A stretch of DNA of 33,592 bases from Gemmatimonadales bacterium. Lineage in GTDB: Bacteria > Gemmatimonadota > Gemmatimonadetes > Gemmatimonadales > GWC2-71-9. The notes under the pieces are model-generated. The model had not been told where the DNA came from. It saw only the letters and a list, made by a program, of their open reading frames with translations, and ran no database searches. Position 1 is the stretch's first letter, and every line of letters begins with the position of its first letter. The position numbers and the translations under genes were made by a program. This document shows positions 15,572 to 22,531 of the stretch, piece by piece. The stretch is from contig JAZFQE010000149.1 of NCBI GenBank assembly GCA_036444955.1, forward strand, positions 1 through 33,592, written 5' to 3'.

Positions 15572-16426
15572 ATGATCGCAGTTCGAAAACATGCTACTGT
15601 CGTGACGGTAGTGGGACCTGAGATGCGCTCCAGAGTCGATGCCGCCACAGGAGGTCGCTTCTCCGCTCTCCACGCCGCCACAGTGACCGACGTCATTCGT
15701 GCGGTGCGCGAAAAGCCTGTGAGTGCAATTCTGATCTCTCCGGAACACGTTGTGCAACGTCAACTTAGTGGAGTCGCCTCGCTGATCAGGGGATTCCCCA
15801 GTATACCGACCGTGGCACTGGTGTCGTCACACAGCTCCGCGTCAAGCGAAGGGCTGCTCAGGCTAGGCGTGACGGGCGTCAAACACATGGTGGATGTGAC
15901 TGTGCGAGAGGGCTGGAGCAACCTACGGAATATTCTGGTTGATCCAGTCTCCCCCGCAACCGCGGTCATCTTGGGGCGTGTCCTTCCGCAGCTTGAAGAT
16001 GCAACAGAGGATTTCACTTATTTCTTCGAAGTCCTTGTGACACTATCGCCCGATCTGACCACTGTGAGGTCGCTGTGCCGGCGGTTGGCTGTTAGACCAA
16101 GCACGTTCATGTCGCGGTTCTTTAGAGCGGGTCTTCCTTCGCCCAAGAGGTTTCTCTCAGCAGTCAGGGCGCTCCACGCCGCTGCGTTGCTGGAGGACGC
16201 GGGGCTTTCGATCGCAGATGTTGCCTATCGGCTCGACTATTCCTCACCCCAGAGCTTCAGCAGGCACTTGAAGGCGCTCAAAGGGGTCACTGCAGGCAAG
16301 TTCCGAAAGACATGCAACCTAAGCGCCGAGATCGATGTCTTCGTCGACAATTTCGTCGCCCCATTTCGCTCGCGGTTTCGAGCCTTCCATCCACTTGAAA
16401 CAGGGGTAATGCTCGGACGCAATTGA
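15572..16426 (+). CDS. AraC-family transcriptional regulator with an N-terminal receiver-like (probably non-phosphorylatable) domain
   Basis: The C-terminal 100 aa form an AraC-type double HTH (LAVRPSTFMSRFFRAGLPSPKRF...VAYRLDYSSPQSFSRHLKALKGVTAGKFR). The N-terminal ~120 aa have a CheY-like beta-alpha periodicity, but the acidic pocket positions are substituted (VVGPE, ILISPE). Confidence 0.7.
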   Translation: MIAVRKHATVVTVVGPEMRSRVDAATGGRFSALHAATVTDVIRAVREKPVSAILISPEHVVQRQLSGVASLIRGFPSIPTVALVSSHSSASSEGLLRLGVTGVKHMVDVTVREGWSNLRNILVDPVSPATAVILGRVLPQLEDATEDFTYFFEVLVTLSPDLTTVRSLCRRLAVRPSTFMSRFFRAGLPSPKRFLSAVRALHAAALLEDAGLSIADVAYRLDYSSPQSFSRHLKALKGVTAGKFRKTCNLSAEIDVFVDNFVAPFRSRFRAFHPLETGVMLGRN

Positions 16427-16456
16427 GTGGAAGGTCGCGGCGGTGGGGCGACTCCT

Positions 16457-17029
16457 CTATTCTGTCGGTAAACCCAGATCGGCTAGTGTGAGGAGCGTGC
16501 GGACCGTATAACCCGCTGATTCTAGAGCTGTCACTCCGCCTTGATCTCGGTCGACCACCGCAAGTACTCCGCACACGGTTGCCCCGCTTGCCTCGACAGC
16601 CTCGATCGCACGGATGGCTGAGGATCCAGTTGTTATGACGTCCTCAACTACGAGCGCGGTGGCGCCAGGCCGCAGGCAACCCTCGATTGCCTTACCCGTA
16701 CCGTGACGCTTTGAGTTTTTTCTCACGGTGAAGGCGTCGAATTCCGGTGGCTCCGCCCGACTAGCCAGGGCTAGGGCATATGCAACGGGGTCGGCCCCCA
16801 GGGTAAGACCGCCAACGGTGTCGACTCGCCATCCCGCATCTCGGATGACCCACAGACCCAGTCTGCCGATGAGGTCGAGACCGCCGGCGGACATCGTACT
16901 CAGCCGGGCGTCGATGTAAAAGTTCGAGTGCTGGCCCGAGCTCAGCTTGAACTCACCTAACTGCACCGATTTATGGCTTAGCAGGTCGGCGAGCCGAGAT
17001 CTGAGTGACTCGTGGTTATCCGGCTCCAC
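16457..17029 (-). CDS. pyrE: Orotate phosphoribosyltransferase
   Basis: 190 aa with a GTG start. It has FKLSSGQHSNFYIDARL and the PRPP-binding motif ALVVEDVITTGSS. Confidence 0.9.
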   Translation of the reverse strand: MEPDNHESLRSRLADLLSHKSVQLGEFKLSSGQHSNFYIDARLSTMSAGGLDLIGRLGLWVIRDAGWRVDTVGGLTLGADPVAYALALASRAEPPEFDAFTVRKNSKRHGTGKAIEGCLRPGATALVVEDVITTGSSAIRAIEAVEASGATVCGVLAVVDRDQGGVTALESAGYTVRTLLTLADLGLPTE

Positions 17030-17068
17030 GCCATTTATTGGGTAGTTGTAGTGATGACAACTACTGAT

Positions 17069-17968
17069 CTAATCCCTTGCGAATAGGGCTTTGACCCTCT
17101 CCAGTATCCGACTCCCACCAGGTTCCTGGGACGCACTCTCCGCCACCTGGCGAGCGAAATCCAGGACCGTTGGCTGTCTGTCTGCCGGTCTCCGGGCTAG
17201 TCCACGCATCACAGCCGTCGCAAGAGCGGCGGGGAACCTGACACCTCTTACTGCCTGATTGAGGGGGATGGGGTCCGCTTGAAGAAGTTGCTGAAATAAC
17301 TCTCTTGGCGAACCGCCCTGGTGGGGGCTTGCGGCTGTGAGCATGTGGTAAGTGATTTTCGCGAGACTGTAGGTGTCTGCGCTCTCACCGACAAGCTCCC
17401 CTGACAGTGCTTCTGGAGCCACATACTGGAGTGTGCCCACAAAGAAACCGGCTCGGGTAAGTCGATCCGCTGGGTCGAGCTGAGCGTCTCGGGCTATCCC
17501 GAAGTCCAGCAGTTTTGCCGTATGGGTTTCGGGGTCGTACATGATGTTATCAGGCTTGAGGTCGCGGTGGATGATGCCTGCAGCGTGCGATGCATCGATC
17601 GCCCCGGCGATTTGTCCGACGATGTCCGCTACTACCGGTGGATCGATCCGCCCCGCACTGCTGATGTACTTTGAAAGCGGAACACCGTTTACCCACTCCA
17701 GCGCCAGATAATACAAATCGTCCGCTTCACCATACTTGTAAGTTCTCGCCACTGATCGGTGGTCGACCCTGGCCCCGTAGCCGGCCTCGCGAAGAAAGCG
17801 TTTCACGGCGGTCTCATCGCGCCGAAAGCGTTCTCTCAGAATCTTAACGGCACAGATCGAGCCGTCGCTTTGTTCAGCTTTGTAGACGGTGGCGGTTCCG
17901 CCCTCTCCGATCCGTTCAACCAGGCGGAAATCTGCTACGGACCGGCCCGCGAGATTCTCGATAGGCAT
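17069..17968 (-). CDS. Serine/threonine protein kinase (Hanks-type; catalytic domain only)
   Basis: 299 aa. All catalytic motifs are present: G-loop GEGGTATVY, the VAIK-equivalent CAVK, HRDLKPDN, DFG and GTLQYVAPE. There is no TM segment or sensor domain. Confidence 0.9.
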   Translation of the reverse strand: MPIENLAGRSVADFRLVERIGEGGTATVYKAEQSDGSICAVKILRERFRRDETAVKRFLREAGYGARVDHRSVARTYKYGEADDLYYLALEWVNGVPLSKYISSAGRIDPPVVADIVGQIAGAIDASHAAGIIHRDLKPDNIMYDPETHTAKLLDFGIARDAQLDPADRLTRAGFFVGTLQYVAPEALSGELVGESADTYSLAKITYHMLTAASPHQGGSPRELFQQLLQADPIPLNQAVRGVRFPAALATAVMRGLARRPADRQPTVLDFARQVAESASQEPGGSRILERVKALFARD

Positions 17969-18029
17969 GGTCGCGAAAGTAACGACAAAACTTGAAGTCC
18001 ATCAAGTCGCGCGATAAGGTAGACTGAGA

Positions 18030-19409
18030 ATGTTCACCAGATTTTCAATTCGTCAGCGCGTCGTGGCCATTTGCCTGACCGCGCTAGCGCTGGGATCTTG
18101 CGGGCAATGGCGGCGAGTGGGGTCAACCCCAGCCGCAGATCCGAACTTGCTGGTTCCGAAGATGTTCGACCCCACAACCGCGTACGGGAATATGGGGTTC
18201 ATAACGCACGGCGAGCCGTTGCCGTTCGTGGCCGCGATAAGGTATTTGGCCGGAGCGAATCCTGACTCATCCCTAGGGCTGCTTTCGCTGACGTTCTCTA
18301 ACCGATCCCTCTCCTTCAGGCGTGGAGCGTCAGATTTCATTGCCACGTACCGCGTCGACGCGGTGTTTCGCGGTGGAGAGGGTGAGGAGATCGCGCGCGT
18401 CTCCGATGCGGAATCGGTTACGGTTGCGTCATTCAGGGAAACGTTGGGTGACAGCAGAATAGTCTATCAGGATTTCATTTTGGTGCCTCCCGGCGCCACG
18501 GCCCTGACTATCCGCGTTGAAGATGTACGAAGCGGTGTCGCAGCACAGTCTGAAGCTTCCGTCGAAGTACCTAGGTTCACCAGCCGTCCCTCTCTCTCGT
18601 CCCTGATACCCGTCATTGGTGGAACACAGGCAAGGTCAACGTTCAGGGGGAGACCTGATCTCAGCGTGAACTCTCGTGCTACGGTTCCTTATGGTCGCGA
18701 TACGGTGAAGTTCTACATTGAAGGCTACCATACCCCCCCCCGCTCCGCGGTGACCCTGAATGCATTCTCCGTCGAGCAAGGGAATCTGGTGTTATCGCAG
18801 AACGCTGAACTCGTTGGTAACGGTGATGTGCGCAGCGTAGTGCTCGAAGTCGACGCTGCGCAACTACCAGTTGGGCAACTCAGATTCGAGGCTGTTCTCG
18901 AAGACGGGGTCGACACTACTTCCACTCTGGTGCTCGTGAGTTTCTCCGATCAGTGGATAGTCACTAACTTCGAGGACATGCTCTCGCTGCTGCGTTATTT
19001 TGCTCCTCCAGAAACATTGAATGCCATGAGGGAAGCAACCGCAGACGAGCGTGTCACTCTCTGGCGTGAGTTCTGGGAGGTGACAGATCCTGACGTGCTG
19101 ACGGCACAGCACGAAGGGCTGAACGATTATTTCGCCCGACTTAATGAAGCGAACGAGTTGTTTCCGGAAACTCGGCTGGCGGGTTGGCTTACAGACAGGG
19201 GCGAGATCTTCATTACGCTCGGGATGCCGGACGAAACCTTCGAGCCCTTCCCCGACCCGCAGAGTCCGATACGGATCATCCGGTGGACCTATATCACCGA
19301 AAGACTGTTGCTTGAGTTCGTGGACCACACAGGCCTCGACGACTTCAGGTTAACGGACCGCTCCCGTGCAGACTATCAGAGGGTTCTAAACCGCCTTCGC
19401 CGGGGGTAG
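18030..19409 (+). CDS. GWxTD domain-containing lipoprotein
   Basis: 459 aa. It has a lipoprotein signal (LALGSC|GQ). The C-terminal region LWREFWEVTDPDVLTAQHEGLNDYFARLNEANELFPETRLAGWLTDRGEIFITLGMPDE contains the eponymous G-W-x-T-D motif. Confidence 0.75.
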   Translation: MFTRFSIRQRVVAICLTALALGSCGQWRRVGSTPAADPNLLVPKMFDPTTAYGNMGFITHGEPLPFVAAIRYLAGANPDSSLGLLSLTFSNRSLSFRRGASDFIATYRVDAVFRGGEGEEIARVSDAESVTVASFRETLGDSRIVYQDFILVPPGATALTIRVEDVRSGVAAQSEASVEVPRFTSRPSLSSLIPVIGGTQARSTFRGRPDLSVNSRATVPYGRDTVKFYIEGYHTPPRSAVTLNAFSVEQGNLVLSQNAELVGNGDVRSVVLEVDAAQLPVGQLRFEAVLEDGVDTTSTLVLVSFSDQWIVTNFEDMLSLLRYFAPPETLNAMREATADERVTLWREFWEVTDPDVLTAQHEGLNDYFARLNEANELFPETRLAGWLTDRGEIFITLGMPDETFEPFPDPQSPIRIIRWTYITERLLLEFVDHTGLDDFRLTDRSRADYQRVLNRLRRG

Positions 19410-19413
19410 CTGT

Positions 19414-21639
19414 GTGATCGCACGCTCGATCATTCTTCTCTGGTTCCTAGCCCCCGTTTGTAGCAACCAATCTCAGGCAGTGCAGCAATCTGGCTCCGCA
19501 GGTCCATGGCACGCCGTCGAGGCTTCCCGGGTTAATTGGGGTGACAGTTTACCCGCCGACAGTTTGCTCGCTGTAGCCGAGGCTGCGTTGGAGGTCGGGT
19601 ATGGAGAGCGCGCTTCGGAGATTTGGGAGCGGATTGACACAGATCAAGCCGATCCAATGGCGTACCTGCAGTTGGGGGGTGAGATCCAGTATTCGCTCGG
19701 CAATTTTACAGCAGCCGCGTCCCTATTCTCAGAGGCTGCAGGCCTTACGTCTGAAGGCCAGCGGGGTGTGCTTCTCACCCGAGTTGCCGTGGCGCACGAG
19801 AGGGTGCGGAATTTCGAGCGGGCCGCAGAGTCCTATAGCGCCGCGGCTGCCGCGTTACCCCTGCCGTCGCTCACCCGGTGGCTCGCCTTGCGGGAAGCCA
19901 GCGTTACGCTGGATATCGAGCGCGCATTTTCTCTGCTTGATCGATCCCCGCCACCTGCGGAGCGCAGAAGTAAATCCGTCAGAGCTGACCTTTACACCCG
20001 CATCGGCGACTACGGGCGCGCTGATTCCGTGTACCGTAGCGCGGGTCTATATGCCAGGGCCGCGGCGCTCGCCGCGACTCAGAACGATTCCACCCGTGCC
20101 CGAACTTTAATTCTGCTGGGGCTGATGTCTCTCGATGATTCAACGCGGGCCGCCTCTATCCGGTTTGCGGAAGAATCTCTGGCTCCGCAGACCGCGGAGG
20201 ATTTCGCAGCGCTCGGAGGAGCTCTGGCTCACGCGGGCGAGAACGCTCGGGCTGTCGGATACCTGGAGCTTGCGACGGAGAGCGGCGATTCGAGCGCGGG
20301 TACTCTCTTTCTGCTTGGCTCAGTGCGCCAGCGCCTCCGGAGAAACGCCGCGGCGGCAACAGCGTACGCGGCGGCCGCCAGGGACAGCGGGATCAGCGGC
20401 CGGCGAGCCCGGTTCCATCGGGGGAGGTTGCTCCTCAGGTCCGGACGATTTGATTCGGCCATAAGTCTTCTCTCAGAATTCGCTGACAGTTTCCCAAACA
20501 GCCCTCTCGCGTCACGGGCCGTGTACGCCGTCGCCGATTGGCTTGAACGTCGCGGGAGGGTGCCCGAAGCCGACAGTGCCTTTAGCAAGGTGGCCGACAG
20601 GTGGCCGGCCAGCAGGTATGCCTCCCAAGCTCGCAGGCGACTGGCCGAAATTGCTCTGATCGGTGCGGACACATTGCTCGCTCGTGCCTGGTACGAGGAA
20701 GAGCTGCGACAACATCCTGGTGCACCCGAGGTGATGTATCAGCTTGCTCGCTTGCTCCAAAATCAGGGAGATAGCACGCTAGCCACTCGCAGGTGGCGGG
20801 AGCTCGCTCGCTCGGACTCACTGGGTTATTACGGGCTGCTCGCACGGCAGCTGCTTTCTGCAAAACTTTCAATTGCTCCGGCACCGGAGGTTGCTCACCG
20901 CAGCGAGCGGGTGCGGAGCGCCCTGGTTCAACTCGACTTCTTGGATGAGTCATACCTGGAGACAGAGGCCGACGAGTTAGTTCAGTACATGGCTCAAGAA
21001 GCCGGGCTCGACGGGGAGGAGTTGCTCGAGCTATCCGCGGGGTTGGTTTTGCGGGGACGCGCGTCTGAAGCGATTTCTGCTGGCTGGAGTGCTGCCGCAG
21101 CTCTTACACTCAACGATCCAAGAGTTCTCCGAGCTGTCTTCCCCTGGCCCTTCCGGGAATTGATTGAGCGGGAGGCTGCCAAGCAGAATCTGGATCGCTA
21201 TCTGGTGGCGGCCATTATACGACAGGAATCTTACTTCACTCAAGACGCTACCTCGAGAGCCGGAGCCCGGGGGTTGATGCAGCTCATGCCGGCAACGGCG
21301 AGGGAGGTAGCCAGGCGGGCGGGAGTTGGCTGGAACGAGCGGCTGCTAGCAGTGGCCGACGCCAATGTACATGTCGGAACGGTCCACCTTTCAGGCCTTC
21401 TCCGCAGGTTTGACGGCGATGTTGTGCTGGCCTTGGCGGCGTACAACGCGGGTGCGGGTAACCTGGCGCGCTGGCGGCGCGCGCTTTCCCGCGCATACGA
21501 CCCGGTTGAGTTCATTGAGAGCATCCCTTTCGAGGAAACCCGCGGCTACATAAAGACTGTGCTCCGTAACCGCGATCTTTACGGGGCTCTTTATCCGCCG
21601 AAAACGGAACTGCCGGCTAGTGACGAGACCGGATCTTAG
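19414..21639 (+). CDS. Soluble lytic murein transglycosylase (Slt70-like; superhelical/TPR N-domain plus SLT catalytic domain)
   Basis: 741 aa with a signal peptide. The C-terminal SLT domain has the catalytic-Glu motif (AIIRQESYFTQDATSRAGARGLMQLMP) and the AYNAG motif. Confidence 0.8.
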   Translation: MIARSIILLWFLAPVCSNQSQAVQQSGSAGPWHAVEASRVNWGDSLPADSLLAVAEAALEVGYGERASEIWERIDTDQADPMAYLQLGGEIQYSLGNFTAAASLFSEAAGLTSEGQRGVLLTRVAVAHERVRNFERAAESYSAAAAALPLPSLTRWLALREASVTLDIERAFSLLDRSPPPAERRSKSVRADLYTRIGDYGRADSVYRSAGLYARAAALAATQNDSTRARTLILLGLMSLDDSTRAASIRFAEESLAPQTAEDFAALGGALAHAGENARAVGYLELATESGDSSAGTLFLLGSVRQRLRRNAAAATAYAAAARDSGISGRRARFHRGRLLLRSGRFDSAISLLSEFADSFPNSPLASRAVYAVADWLERRGRVPEADSAFSKVADRWPASRYASQARRRLAEIALIGADTLLARAWYEEELRQHPGAPEVMYQLARLLQNQGDSTLATRRWRELARSDSLGYYGLLARQLLSAKLSIAPAPEVAHRSERVRSALVQLDFLDESYLETEADELVQYMAQEAGLDGEELLELSAGLVLRGRASEAISAGWSAAAALTLNDPRVLRAVFPWPFRELIEREAAKQNLDRYLVAAIIRQESYFTQDATSRAGARGLMQLMPATAREVARRAGVGWNERLLAVADANVHVGTVHLSGLLRRFDGDVVLALAAYNAGAGNLARWRRALSRAYDPVEFIESIPFEETRGYIKTVLRNRDLYGALYPPKTELPASDETGS

Positions 21640-22162
21640 ACGGCTAATTCACGCCTCTAGCTCCCTTGTGCTACTTGCTGTCTTGGTGTCGTGGGAGCTT
21701 CTCCGATACCTGCTGCTGGCTGCTCTCATCGCGATGACCGCCTTGGAGCTGGCGCGGCTCCGATCGAAGCCTTTTCGGGAGAAGCTCTACAAGCTGGTTC
21801 CGGTCTATCGCGCTACTGAAGAGCATAGAGTTAGCGGCGCTGGCTGGTTGACGCTGGGATACGCGGTTGCATCCTGGTTCCCACTTCCCGCCCCCATTGT
21901 AGGCATCCTCGCTGGCGCTCTTGCTGACCCCGCGGCTTCGGCTATTGGTTCTCGCTGGGGCGGTGCGCGGGAGGTCAAAACCCTGCCGGGTACACTTGCC
22001 GCCCTCGCAGCCACGTTCGTGCTCTGTGCCGTCGTTGGGTTGGCCTGGCCCAACTGCCTAGCCGCGGGAATCACGGCGGCCGCGCTTGAGCGATGGCCGG
22101 TTCTCGACGACAATCTGGTGGTTGCACCGGGTGTGGCCGCGGTGGTCTGGGTGCTGTCTTGA
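21620..22162 (+). CDS. Diacylglycerol/polyprenol kinase family membrane protein (CTP-transferase-1 superfamily)
   Basis: 180 aa, polytopic. Family-like motifs are GALADPAASAIGSRWG, KTLPGTLAA and DDNLVV. Its start overlaps the Slt 3' end by 20 nt. Confidence 0.5.
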   Translation: MTRPDLRRLIHASSSLVLLAVLVSWELLRYLLLAALIAMTALELARLRSKPFREKLYKLVPVYRATEEHRVSGAGWLTLGYAVASWFPLPAPIVGILAGALADPAASAIGSRWGGAREVKTLPGTLAALAATFVLCAVVGLAWPNCLAAGITAAALERWPVLDDNLVVAPGVAAVVWVLS

Positions 22163-22188
22163 CAGCCGCGGAAACGGCGGTGCAAAAT
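22159..22188 (+). promoter_or_regulatory. Putative promoter of the cold-shock gene (-35 TTGACA, 18-bp spacer, -10 CAAAAT)
   Basis: A perfect TTGACA lies at 22159-22164, overlapping the upstream stop codon. CAAAAT lies at 22183-22188. Confidence 0.4.
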
Positions 22189-22255
22189 AGGTTTGCGCTG
22201 GAGCCCGGCGTGTCAATGACGAGTGCTCAAGTATCCTTTCCAGGAGGTCGCAGTA

Positions 22256-22456
22256 ATGGCGCAAGGGATGGTTAAGTGGTTCAATGATTCAAAGGGGTAC
22301 GGGTTCATCGAAAATTCGGAAGGTGAAGATGTGTTCGTACACTTTTCGGCTATTCAGATGGACGGGTTCAAGACTCTGATTGAAGGCCAAAAAGTTGAAT
22401 TTGAACTAGTTAACGGCGAGAAAGGTCTCCACGCCGGTAACGTCGTGAAGATCTAG
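22256..22456 (+). CDS. cspA: Cold-shock protein, CspA family
   Basis: ATG 22256 is preceded by AGGAGG (22242-22247). The sequence [33 protein letters not shown] contains the RNP1 (KGYGFI) and RNP2 (VFVHF) motifs. Length is 66 aa. Confidence 0.9.
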   Translation: MAQGMVKWFNDSKGYGFIENSEGEDVFVHFSAIQMDGFKTLIEGQKVEFELVNGEKGLHAGNVVKI

Positions 22457-22480
22457 CCAAATTTTGGCCGTCTTGTTTGG

Positions 22481-22516
22481 AGCGCCCCGCCGGAGATTCG
22501 GCGGGGCGTTTCTTTG
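22481..22516 (+). terminator. Rho-independent terminator after cspA
   Basis: A GC-rich hairpin, CGCCCCGCCG (22483-22492) / CGGCGGGGCG (22499-22508) with a 6-nt loop, is followed by TTTCTTTG. Confidence 0.7.
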
Positions 22517-22531
22517 TATCTTCCAGCCCAG

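Noticed and set aside
19601-21553. Numerous 60-170-aa alternative-frame and antisense ORFs inside the Slt-like gene.
   Set aside because: All are Arg/Pro/Ser-rich off-frame products. The long frame has a signal peptide and an intact SLT catalytic domain.
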